From contig NC_087447.1 in assembly GCF_036321535.1 (NCBI RefSeq), forward strand, positions 36,458,001 to 36,522,000: a stretch of DNA of 64,000 nucleotides. The letters are read 5' to 3'. Within the stretch, counting starts at the first letter, position 1, and each line of letters begins with the position of its first letter. The translations under genes were made by a program, and so were the position numbers. Positions 37,701 to 50,308 of this stretch are shown one piece after another. The notes beneath the pieces were generated by a model. The model did not search any database. It saw only the letters and a list, made by a program, of their open reading frames with translations, and had not been told where the DNA came from. The DNA is from Camelus dromedarius (lineage: Eukaryota).

Positions 37701-40700
37701 GTGGAGTAAATTTTCCAGTGGGGACTTTATGCAGTAGAGAGAAGAAACAGGTACGAAGGGACAAATTGGAGAGTAAGGGCTTAAGACATTTGTCAAATGC
37801 AGTGCAGATGCCACATGGAAAATTTCCTTATCTTACTTTGTCCATCTTAACCTCCATGAGGACACACACATATACACACATACACACACAAAGATACACT
37901 TTAATTATATACACTTAGGAGACTTTTGACATCTTTGATAACATTTTCCAGTATATAGGAGAAGAAAGAAAGATAAAATTTTATGAAAAACTATAGTCAT
38001 ATTTACTAGTTCTCAATAGTATATTTAACAAGACTAACTGGAAATACTACATTTTGAGAATATCATCAGAAAGTCTGGGATTCTGAAGTTTGGAAGACAT
38101 TTAACTAATGTTGGAAAAGGAAACTTATGTGTGGCAATCATATTATGGTATATAACAGTAATAAAAAGTTGGAGAATAAAGTCAGAAATTCCTCATATGA
38201 AACTACTTAATTTGGTCCCAGAAGCACTCACAGCTAAGGCCTATGAATTGTGTTGCATTGTTTACAGAATAAAATTTGTAAGGATTTTATATTTTGTGAA
38301 TTAACTTCCAATGCTTTTTATTATGTGCAAAAGCAATAAAACAAAGTGCAAGAACAATAATGTTTAAATATTAGCAGCATTTGAATGAACATAAATTTAT
38401 GATCCAGATAAAATGTTATTTGCTGAAAGCAAAGCCATATTACATGGCTTGATACTGGATACTTTAATCTGAAATGTTAAATATTTTAATCAACATATAA
38501 AATGCTAGAGATACTTGTCCTAGATTTATAACTAATTGTTTATGGTCACTTTTATATGTGATTCTGTGGTTATATTTGAATATACCTTTAAAGAGGATGG
38601 CATAGTTATCCTTTGTTTTTCAATATTAGAGCCAAAAGATGTTATTAAAGTATTTTTATTTTTATGGGAGGAAATATGAAAAATATGATGTTCACTGAGA
38701 AAAATGTGAGTTAGATCAGCATTGCAGGTACCTTTAGAATATCTAACCATTTAGTGTATTTTTCAACCATAGTTCCATTTATCAGTCAAACTTAACCAGT
38801 GATTGGAGAATGTTGTTGATTTGGGGACAAGTAATTTCAGTGCTTTTGACTTGTTTTCTTTCTCATTTTTAGGCTATGGCTGTAATGAATCTCTGATAAT
38901 GATGAATGAATAATATCCTCAGTCTTTCTGGCTTTTTGAACCTGTTACTAACTAATCTTTCCAGTGATGATTATATATTCATTTAAGGACTTTTTGTTAG
39001 ATACTTAAGGTAGAAGATACTATAAAATATAATTAAGAGCTATGATATTCTTTTGCATAAGTTCTTATTTTGAATCAAACAATAAAGTTTTGATTCATTT
39101 TTCTTTTACTTAAAATGTATAAATATCAAAAACCTGAAAGTAGTATGTCAGCTTTTCCAAGCAAGATATTGAGATCAGAATCTTGAGAAGGAAATATGTG
39201 TATTAAAAAGCCCATCTGGCTATAGAACTGGCAAAACATACTACTGAATTATTGGTAAATATGAATTTGTTCATAATTTTACTTAGTCAAGAGAACATGG
39301 TGGAAGGCACTTCTTTTTATGAATATGTTCATCATATCTCCACTTTTAAAAGTTATTTAATTTTCTGGTGTGTGAAATTCTTCTGGTAAAAATTTTTATA
39401 TGTTTAAAACTTTATGTATAATAATAATGATAATATATTTTATTTAATAAAACATCTAAATGCTTAAATTACCCATCATACCTAAGCAAAAATAATTAAA
39501 AAAAAGAAATACAGTTATCTTGGTAGATGATCAGCTAATTAGTGTTAATTTAAATTCAGTAAACATACACACTGAAAGATTCAATGAGTTTTCATAGCAT
39601 TGTCCACTTTTTAATGTATAAGCTAAAAATTTCTTTTCCTTTCTAGATTGTTGGATTTTTAAAATGTTATTGACATTTGTTTGTTTATTTATATATTTAT
39701 TTTTGGTTGTGAATTTTGCAAATAATCCTGCTGACTAGTATATAATTGAGATTGAGATGTCTTCCATTTTTAGCTATTTTCATGTGAAACATTCAGAGAA
39801 GTAATCCTGCACATCTTTTAAGCAGTCAATGACCTTATCTTTTGCCAAAATCAAATGACATTCAATACTGATACTATGGAGAGAAGAATCAAAATAGACA
39901 CCTAATTATAATTACTTTCCCCCCATCATTATATCACTACGTGCAGAACAACTGATTTTTAAGAGATCACACAACTGCTGAATTTTGGCAGGTACAAAGG
40001 ATTTTTTTCCCTTTGCTTCCCTCCCCCTCCCCCTTTCTCCTTTCATCACATGTAGGATTTATTGGAACAGTTCAGACTGACCTCTTTCTTGAAAGATTTA
40101 GTTTGAATTTTAATAGTTTATAGGAAATAGAACTGGAAAGAAAAGTTATGTTTGTGATTGCTTCATATTTTCAGAAATCCTTAATATTTATGGTACAGTT
40201 CAATTGTTAAGAGAGTAAGGATAGTTTTGAGTAATCTTGGGGAAATGACTAAAACCTTGGACCAAATACTATACAGTTAGCTTCCAGAGTTACTGCTTTT
40301 GGAATAAAATCCAACTGTGAGCAATATAAAGGCAGACACTACAACTTCTTAACTTTTCCAACCTAGTACATAGTACTGTGCCTGGTACATTGTAGATATT
40401 TAATAGTTGCTGAAAGAGCAAAGGAAGGTAGTATGTGAGGGAAGGAAGGAGAGAAAAACCTAGATTAATTGGACAAAGTGATAAATCCTATGTTACCCTG
40501 TTGTGTTCTTTTTTTGTCTGTTGCATTGCTTTCTCTAACCAAACACTAACAGGGGTTTGATCTTTACACTGAGCACAAACATGGTATAACTTTGAGAAAC
40601 TTGTTGTTGCAAAGGTTTAGATACTTTTATTTGCTGTTAGTTCACGGTAGCTCAATTCTTTTTCTTCCTGTTCATTTTGGTTGGATAGTATTGGAAACAA

Positions 40701-41807
40701 TATATGTAGGGTTGCATATGACATTTTAAGGAAAGCTTTGATGATGAGTATCATCAAAGTATCACTTATTGTTTCTTCTCTTAAAACTGCAGATCCCTGT
40801 GACCAGTTCTCCTTTTGAATGGGCTGTGAGCCCTCTGGCAATAGGGGCCACCACTTCCTGTTCAGGCTTGTTGACCGCACTAAAACACTTCAAATACTCT
40901 GTAACATGTATATGATATTTAAGAGTCAAAGATACCTGCTAGTTAGCCCATTGATAGAAAGTGGTTTATTACTCATCTTTTAGATAAGGTCTTTGATGAA
41001 GTGGTGTTAGAATTTAAGACAGGTAAAGGACTTGAGTAATAGAGTTCATCCTTGTGCTGTAAGTCAGCAATGAAACTCATCTATCCTGTCTATGAATTTG
41101 TTGTCGTTTTATTTACTGGTAATTTTATCCTGGCTCTGTTTGAAGTTAGAGACACCGGTCTACAATAGATGGCCCTAGGATCAATGCCTCTTTAAAGGTA
41201 GTCTCTATTGGGAGATGTGGCTAGTGGATTGTAGTCATTTACGCATTTCTGTTTTAAAATGTCATCAAGTGTCTTCTTTTTACAGATAGTTTAGTTAATA
41301 AAAGGAAAATTATTAGAAAAAGTATTTTTGAAGATGATAAATTTCTAGGTTTAAAGTGCAGATTTTGATCCTATTGTTGATACTGCTGTTTAACAATTGT
41401 AATTTTTATTATGAAATATAGTCATTATGTAAAAAGATTCCCATGTTCATATGGTGTTATTTCTCAAATAATTTTATATCAATTTTTTTTATTGTGGTAT
41501 AGTCAATTTACAATATTGTATCAATTTCTGGTGTACAGCATAATGTTTCAGTCATACATATACATATATATATTCATTTTCATATTTTTTTCATTATAGG
41601 TTACTACAAGATATTGAATGTAGTTTCCTGTGGTATACAGAAGAAACCTGTTGGTCTGTTTTATGTATAGTAGTTAGTATCTGCAAATCTCAAACTCCCA
41701 ATTTATCCCTTCCCACCCCCTTCCCCCTCTGGTAACCATAAGTTTGTTTTCTATGTTTGTGAGTCTGTTTCTGTTTTGTAAATAAGTTCATTTGTATCTT
41801 TTTTTTT

Positions 41808-44800
41808 TTAGATTCCACATATGACTGATATGATATGGTATTTTTCTTTTTCTTTCTGGCTTACTTCACTTAGAATGATGATGTCCAGCTCCATCCATGT
41901 TGCTGCAAATGGCATTATTTTATTCTTTTTTATGGCTGAATAGTATTCCATTGTACAAATATACCATAACTTCTTTATCCAGTCATCTATCAATGGACAT
42001 TTAGGTTGTTTCCATGTCTTGGCTATTGTAAATAGTGCTGCTATGAACATTGGGGTGCATGTGTCTTTTCAAATTAGAATTCCCTCCAGATGTATGCCCA
42101 GGAATGGGATTGCTGGATCATATGATAAATTTATTTTTAGTCTTTTGAGGAATGTCCATACTGTTTTCCATAATGGCTACACCAAACTATATTCCCACCA
42201 ACAATGTAGGAGAGTTCCCATTTCTCCATACCCTCTCCAGCATTTATAATTTGTGGACTTTTGAATGATGGCCATTCTGACTGATGTGAGGTAATACCTC
42301 ATTGTAGTTTTGATTTGCATTTCTCTGATAATTAGTGATATTGAGCATTTTTTTCATGTGCCTATTGGCCATTTGTATGTCTTCATTGGAGAATTGCTTG
42401 TTTTGGTCTGCTGCCCATTTTTGGATTAGGTTGTTTGTTTGTTGTATGAGCTGTTTATATATTCTGGAAATTAAACCTTTGTCAATTGCATCATTTGCAA
42501 ATATTTTCTCTCATTCTGTAGGTTGTTGTTTTGCTTTACTTATGACTTCCTTTGCTGTGCAAAAGCTTATAAGTTTAACTAGGTCCCATTTGTTTATTTT
42601 CCCTAGGAGAACATTGGTAAGATTTATGTCAGAAAATGTTTTGCTTATGTTTTCTTTTAAGAAGTTTATAGTATCTTGTCTTATGTTTAAGTCTTTAAGC
42701 TATTTTAAGTTTATTTTTATGTATGGTGTGAGAGAGCATTCTGACTTCATTGATTTACATGTGTCTGTCCAGTTTTCCCAACACCACTTGCTGAAGTGAC
42801 TGTCTTTTCTCCCTTGTATATTCTTACCTTATTTGTAGAAGATTAATTGACCATGTAAGTCTGTGACCATAAGTGCCTGGGTTTATTTCTGGGCTCTCTG
42901 TTCTGTTCCACTGATCCATGTGTCTGTTTTTGTGCCAATACCATGCTGTTTTGATTACTGTAGCTCTGTAGTATTGTCTGAAATCTGGGAGGGTTATTCC
43001 TCCAGCTTCATTTTTTTCCCTTTCAGTATTGCTTTGGCAATTCTGGATCTTTTCCATATAAATTTTAGGATTATTTGTTCTAGTTCTGTGAAAAATGTCC
43101 TGGATAATTTGATAGGGATTGCATTAAATCTGTAGGTTGCTTTGGGTATTATGGCCATTTTAACAATATTAATTCTTCCAATCCAAGAGCTTAGGATATG
43201 TTTCCATTTCTTTAATTTCCTTAATCAGTGTTTTGTAGTTCTCCCTGTATAAGTCTTTCACCTCCTTGGTCAGATTTATTCCTAAGTAGTTTATTGTTTT
43301 GGATTCAATTTTAGAAGGGATTGTTTCTTTACTTTCCGTTTCTGATATTTCATTGTTAGTGTAAAGAAATGCAGCTGATTTCTGTATGTTAATCTTGTAT
43401 TTTTCTAGTTTGCCGAATTCTTTTATCAGCTCTAGTAGTTTTTGTGTGGAGCCTTTAGGATTTTCTATATATAGTGTCATGTCATCCACATATAGTGACA
43501 GTTTTACTTCGTCTCTTCCAATTTGGATCCCTTTTATTTCTTTTTCTGGTCTGATTGCTATGGCTAGGACTTCCAATACTGTGTTGAATAGAAGTGGTGT
43601 GAGTGGGCATCCTTGTCTTGTTCCAGATTTTAGTGGGAAGGCGTTCAGCTTTTCATCGTTTAGTATTATGTTGGCTATGGGTTTGTCATCAATAGCTTTT
43701 ATTATGTTGAGATACGTTCCCTCTATACCCACTGTGGTAAGAGGTTTTTTTTTTTTTTATCATAAATGGGTGTTGAATTTTATCAGATGCTTTTTCTACA
43801 TCTATTGAGATGATCATGTGATTTTTGTCCTTTTGTTGATGTGGTGTATCACATTGATTGATTTGCGTATATTGAAACATCCTTGTGTCCCTGGGATGAA
43901 CCCAACTTGATCATGGTGTGTAATCTTTTTAATGTGTCACTGGATTCTGTTTGCTAATATTTTGTTGAGGATTTTTACATCTATGTTCTTCAATGATATT
44001 TTCTCTTTTGGTAGTGTCTTTGTCTGGTTTTGTTATCAGGGTAATGGTGGCTTAATAGAATGAGTTTGGGGGTATCCTCTCCTCTTGAGTCTTTTGGAAG
44101 AGTTTGAGAAGAATCAATATGAGCTTTTCTTTGTATATTTGATAGAATATCCTAGTGAAGCCATCAGGTTCTGGACTTTTGTTTGCAGGGAGTTTTTTTT
44201 TTTTTTTTTTAAATTGCTGATTCTATTTCTCTTCTAGTGATCAGTCTGTTCAAACTATCTATTTCTTCTTGATTCAGTTTTGGTGGACTGTATGTTTCTA
44301 GAAACTTGTCCATTTCTTCTAAGTTGTCCAATTTGTTGCCATATAGTTGTTCATAGTATTTCTTATGATATTTTATATTTCGGTGTTGTTGGCTGTAATT
44401 TCTCCATTCTCATTTCTTATTTTGTTTATTTGTGTCCTCTCTCTTTTTCTCTTGGTGAGCCTAGCCAGAGGTTTGTTGATTTTGTTTACTCTTTCAAAAA
44501 AAACCAGTTCTTGGTTTGATTGATTTTTTTTCTGTTGTTTTATATCTCTAGTTTATTTATTTCTTTCCTCACCTGTATTATTTCTTTCCTTCTGCTGACT
44601 AGGTTTTGTTTGTTCTTCTTCTAATTCTTTTATGTGGTAGGTTAGGTTGTGTATTTGAGATTGTTCTTGTTTTTTGAGGAAGGCCTGTATTGCTATGACC
44701 TTCCCTCTTAGGACTGCTTTCGCTGCATCTCATAGATTTTGTGTGGTTATATTTTCTTTGTCATTTGTCTCAAAGTATTTTTAAATTTCTTCTTGATTTC

Positions 44801-45597
44801 ATTGTTGACCCATTGGTTTTGTAGTAGCCCATTGTGTAGTCTCAATGCAGTCATTTTTTTTTTCCTCACTCCCCCCCCCCCCCATGGTTTATTTCTAGTT
44901 TCATGCCATTGTGGTCAGAAAAGACACTTGAAATAGTTTCTGTCCTCTTAAATTTGTTGAGGCGTCTTATGTGTCCAAGTATGTGGTCTATCCTAGGGAA
45001 TGTTCCATGCACACTAGAAAAGAATGTATATTCTGCTTATTTGGGATAAAATATCCTAAAAATATCAATTAAGTCCAGCTATTCTATTGTGTTATTTAGT
45101 ATCTCAGTTTCTATATTGATTTTCTGTCTGGAAGATCTGTCCAATGCTGTTAGTAGGGTGTTAAAGTCTTTTACTATTATTGTGTTCCCATCAATTTCTC
45201 CCTTTATGTCTATTAGTATTTGTTTTATATATTTAGGTGCTCCTGTATTGGCTACATATATGTTAACGAGTGTAATAGCCTCTTCTTGTATTGTTTCTTT
45301 TATCATTGCATAGTGTTCTTCTTTATATTTCTTTATGGCCTTTGTTTTAAGGTCTATTTTGTCTGATATGAGTATTGCTGCCCCTGCTTTCTTATCATTT
45401 CCATTTGCATGAAATATCTTTTTCTATCCTCTCACTTTCAATCTATGTGTGTCCTTCAACCTAAAGTGGGTTTCCTGTAAGCAACATATTGTAACCTCTT
45501 GTTTTATTATCCAGTCTACCACTCTGTGTCTCTTGATTGAAGCATTTAGTCTGTTGACATTTATAGCAATTATTGATAGATGTGTGTTTATCGCCAT
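41808..45597 (-). pseudogene. L1 ORF2 (endonuclease/reverse transcriptase) pseudogene of the outer L1, frameshifted
   Basis: N-terminus MAINTHLSIIAINVNRLNASIKRHRV...CCLQETH; EN fragment 45079-45306; RT fragment GTRQGCPL...LYVDDM (43169-43732); C-terminus [19 protein letters not shown]...ICGI*. Confidence 0.9.
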
Positions 45598-46549
45598 TTT
45601 AAACTATGTTTTCCAGTTGATTTTGTATTTCTTCTTTTTCTTTTTGTGGTTTGATAATTTTCATTTGTATTAGCTTGGTTTCTTTTTGGTTATGTGACTT
45701 TATTGTGTGCTTTTGATTTGTGGTTACCCTGTTTTTCAAGTATGTTAACCCATTACTATATCTGTTTGCTGTAGAATGGTAGTCATATAGGCTCAAACAT
45801 ATTCTAAGAAGAATGAAAAGACAATCTACATTTTCTTGCTTCTCTCTCCCACATTTTATGATTTTAATGTCCTCTTTTACAACTTCATGTTTATTCTCTT
45901 GCAGCTCATTGTAGTTATTGCATTTCCAATTATGGTGTTATCTTTTCTATGGCATCCTGTTTCTTTTCTATTCAGAGACGGTCTTTCAGTATTTCTTTTA
46001 GGATAGGTTTAATATTGCTGAATTCTTTTAGTTTTTGATTGTCTGAGAAATTTGTTGTTTCTCCTTCTTTTCTAAAGGATAGTCTTGCTGGGTAGGGTAT
46101 CCTGGGTGAAGATTTTTCTCATTCAGGACTTTGAATATATCTTGCCACTCCCTTTTGACCGGCATTGTTTGTGTAGAGAAAACATCTGAAAGCCTAATAG
46201 GCTCCCTTGTAACTAACTCTTTTTCTCTTGCTGCCTTTAGAATCTTTTCTTTATCTTTAACTTGGTGTAGGTCTGTTTGGGTTCATGTTGTTTGGAACCC
46301 TCTGTGCTTTCTCTGCTTGGATATCTGTTTCCTTCATTATGTTTGAAAGGTTTTTAGTCATGATTTATTCAAATACCTTTTCAATCCCCTCTTCTCTTTC
46401 TTCTTCTGGTACCCCTATTATGTGTAGATCGGCACACTTTATATTATCCCATAGGTTCCTGACATTGTTTTCATTTGATTTTCTGTCTGCTTGTCTTTTT
46501 TTTTAGACCCTTTAAAAAATTTATTTATGTATTTATTTTACAATGTCAT

Positions 46550-46945
46550 ATTTTTAAATTGAAGTATAGTTGATGTACAATATTATATGTTACAGGTATA
46601 CAATGTAGTGTTCACAAATTTTTAAAGATTATACTCCATTTATAGTTATTATAAAATATTGGCTCTATTCCCCATGTTGTACAATACATCCTTGTAGCTT
46701 ATTTTATACCTGATAGTTTGTACCTCTTAATCTTCCACCTCCATCTTACCTTTCTTCTTTCCCTCTCCCCACTGGTAACCACTAGTTCATCCTCTATATC
46801 TGTGAGTCTGTTTCTTTTCTGTTATATTCACTAGTTTGTTGTATTTTTTTATATTCCACATGTAAGTAATATCTTATATTTATTTGTCTTTCCTTGTCTG
46901 ACTTGTTTCACTTAGCATAGTGCCCTCCAAGTCCATGCATGCTGT
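46550..46945 (-). mobile_element. L1 3' end (inner cluster, segment A)
   Basis: tttttaaattgaagtatagttgatgtacaatattatatgttacagg...ctggtaaccactagtt...ccctccaagtccatgcatgctgt. Confidence 0.85.
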
Positions 46946-46995
46946 ACCCCAGGAGCAAATACAACATTTTAAATCACCTGTACTTCAACTAAAAA

Positions 46996-47543
46996 GCAAA
47001 CAACCAACCAACCAACCCATTTAAAATATAAGTAGAAGAACTGAACACACATTTTTCCGAAAGAGGAAATGCAGATGGCCAACAGGAGCATGAAAAGTTG
47101 CTCAACATCACTAATATCAAGGAAATGCAAATCAAAATCACTATCAGGCATCATTTCGCATCTGTCAGAATGGCCATCATCAAAAAGGACACAAATAACA
47201 AATGCTGACAAGGATGTGAAGAAAAGGGAACCCCTGTATACTGTTGGTGGGAATGTAAAACAGTGCAGCCACCATGGAAAACAGCATGGAGATTTCTCAA
47301 AAACCCCAAAATAAAACCACCACATGGCCCAGCAATTCCACTCCTGGGCATATATCCAAGAAAAATAAAAATGGTAATTCAAAAAGATTCATATGCCCTG
47401 CTATTAACAGCAACATTATTTACAATTGCCAAGACATGGAAGCCTCCTAAGTACACATCAACAGACAAATGGATAAATAAGATGTAGCATATGTATGCAA
47501 TGGAATACAACTCTCTCATAAAAAAGAAGGCTATTTTGCCATT
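46996..47543 (+). mobile_element. Inverted L1 ORF2 C-terminal segment (inner cluster, segment B)
   Basis: Plus-strand ORF remnants QMANRSMKSCSTSLI and WKTAWRFLK...[10 protein letters not shown]...IAKTWKPPK...DKWINKM. Confidence 0.85.
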
Positions 47544-47599
47544 GTGGTCCTTTGCTTTTTTTTTTAACTTCAAAAACCAGAATTTTATAACTAGCATAA

Positions 47600-47907
47600 A
47601 CATTTCCACTGCATCCAAAACAACAAAATACCTAGTTATAAACTTAACCAAGGAGGTTACCTATACTCTGAAAGCTGTAAAACATTGATGAAAGAAATTG
47701 AAAATGATACAAAGAGATGGAAAGATATCTTGTACTCTTGGATTGGAAGAATCCACATTATCAAAATGGCCATATTACCCAAAGTAATCTACAGATCCAA
47801 TGTAACCCCTGTCAAAATACTCATGTCATTTTTCACAGAACTAGAACAAACAATTCCAAAAATTTGTGTGGAACCACAAAAGATCCCGAATTGCCAAAGC
47901 AGTCTTT
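47600..47907 (+). mobile_element. Inverted L1 ORF2 mid segment (inner cluster, segment C)
   Basis: MKEIENDTKRWKDILYSWIGRIHIIKMAILPKVIYR...FFTELEQ. Confidence 0.85.
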
Positions 47908-47909
47908 TG

Positions 47910-49960
47910 TAGGTCTCCCCCCGCCCTTTCTTCTTTTTGTTCTTTTTACTTTGTGGTTTGATGACTAGAGAAGTTCCGTTAACATTTGTTGTAAAGCTGC
48001 TTTAGTGGTGCTGAATTCTTTTAGCTTTTGTTTATCTGTGAAGCTTTTGATTTCTCCATCAAATCTGAATGAGAGCCTTGCTGGATAAAGTATTCTTGGG
48101 TTTTCCCTTTCATCACTTTAAATATATCATGCCACTCCTTTCTGGCCTGTAGTTTTTGCTGAAAAATCAGCTGATAATTTTATGGTAGTTCCCTTGTATG
48201 TTATTTGTTACTTTTCTCTTGCTAATTTAAATATTTTCTCCTTATCCTTAATTGTTGTCAATTTGATGACTATGTGCCTTGGTGTGTTCCTCTTTGGGTT
48301 GATTCTGTGTGGTACTCTGTGCTTCCTGGACTTGGGTGACTGTTTCCTTTCTCAAGTTGGGGGAAGGTTTCAGTTATTATCTCTTCAAAAAAATTTTCAG
48401 GTCCTTTCTTCTCTTTCTGGGACCCCTATAATGTGAATATTATTGTGCTTCATGTTGTCCCAGAGTTCTCTTAAACTATCCTAATTTCTTTTCATTCTTT
48501 TCTTCTTTTTTTCTGTTCTGCAGTAGTGATTTCCACTAATCTGTCTTCTGGCTCACTATCCATTCTTCTGCCTCATTTAGTCTATTCTTGGTTCCTTCTA
48601 GTGTGTTATTCATTTCAGTGATTTTCTTCTTCAACTTTTTTTGGGTATTCTTTATATTATCCAACTCTTTGCTAAAAACTTTGCTCTGTGCATCTGTACT
48701 CCTCTTGAGTTCTCTGAACATCTTCGCTGTCATTGCTTTAAACTTTTTCTTGGATAAATTGTCTATTTCTTCATCACATAATTCTTCTTCTGGAGTTTTA
48801 TCTTGTGCCTTGGCCTGGAAGATATTCCTCTGCCACCTCATATTGTCTATTGTCTATCTTTCTATTTATATTTTTAGGTAGGTTAGTTACATTTCTTGAC
48901 CTTGAAGAAGTGGCCCTCTGTGGGAGATGTCCTACATGTTCTAGCAGTACACTCCTCTATTGTCACCCAAGGGCCAGGATCCAGCTGGTCCCAGTATAGA
49001 GTCTGGCCTCTGTTTGTGGATTCCTTCCACAGACTTTGAGATTGTTTTTTTCTTATTTCTGGTATCTGACCCCTGGTGGATGAGGCTGGACTAGAGGCTT
49101 ATCCAGGTTTCCTGGCAGGAGGAGTCAGTGCCTGCCCACTGCTGGGTGAAGCCTGGTCCTGTCCCTCTGGTGGGTAGGGCCATGTCTAGAGGCGTTTGTG
49201 GCTCAGGAAGTCTGCCAATCAGTGGGGCTGTGTTCCTACCCAGTATGTTGTTTGGCTTGAGGCTTTCCAGCCCTTAAGCCTACAAGCTGTTGGGTGGGGC
49301 TAGGTCTTGGTGCTAATGATCCAATTAAGATGTCAGCCTCTAGGAAAGCTCATGTAGATGAACAATCCCAGAATGTCCACTACCAGCTTTTATGACCTCT
49401 GGGTGAGCTGCAGCCGTCCCCTACCTCCCCAGGAGACCCTCCAAAACCAGAAGGCAGGTCTTGATGAAATGACTGCCTCTGCCCTTGGACCTGACACATG
49501 TGAGATTCTGTGTATGCTTGCCAAGAGAATAAAGTCTGTTACCCCCAGTCCCATGGGGCTCCTGTAGTTAAGCCCCACTGGCCTTCAAAACCAGATGTTC
49601 TGGGGTCTCCTACTACCAATGCCAGAACCCTGGGCTGAGGAGCCTGATGTGGGGCTCAGAACTCTCACTCCTGTGGGAGGGACTTTGTGACCTAATTATT
49701 CTTCAGGTTGTGAGTCACCCACCTGAGGGTATGGGGCCCAATTACATCACAATCATGCCCCTCCTACCATCCTGCTATGATTCCCTCTTTATATTTCCAA
49801 TTGAAGAAAAGCTTTTTTGCCAGGTTCTAGCCTGTTTTGTTTTTTTGTTTTTTTTTTTTTTTTTGATGATTGGTTAGCGGTCAGTTGTGGTTTTGTTGTA
49901 GTCATGAGGAGAGGTGAGCTTGTGGTCCTACAAATCCACCATCTTGACTGGAAATTTCTC
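47910..49960 (-). mobile_element. L1 5' portion (5' UTR plus ORF1) of a second L1 lineage (inner cluster, segment D)
   Basis: ORF1 remnant MRWQRNIFQAKAQDKTPEEEL...ITEMNNTLEGTKNRLNEAEEWI (48536-48841); L1-type 5' terminus ccaccatcttgactggaaatttctc at ~49936-49960. Confidence 0.8.
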
Positions 49961-49965
49961 TACCA

Positions 49966-50308
49966 TTATGATTGGGAGGTTTCTGTTATTTTGCTTTCTA
50001 AATCACTTATTCATTTTTCTGCTTTTTTTTTTTTTTATCATTATTTAGCCTGCTTTTGGCTGCCTTTACCTTGGCTTTTAACTTAGCAGTTGAGTTTTCT
50101 GATTTTAATTGTCTCTCTTTATTGTTTCTATTTCCTTTTCATAGTATTCTGCATTTGTATTGATAATCTCTCTTATTTCCTTCAGTGCTTTTATCACCTC
50201 CTTTTTGAAGCCATGATCTAGTAGACTGTAGAGGTCTATTTCATTGTTCATTCCTTCAGGGTACTTCTCTTGTTTTTTTAATTGAGAGTGGTTCCTCTGC
50301 TTCTTCAT
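49966..50308 (-). pseudogene. L1 ORF1 N-terminal half of the outer L1
   Basis: MKKQRNHSQLKKQEKYPEGMNNEIDLYSLLDHGFKKEVIKALKEIRE..., a coiled-coil region that continues at ~46495. Confidence 0.8.
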
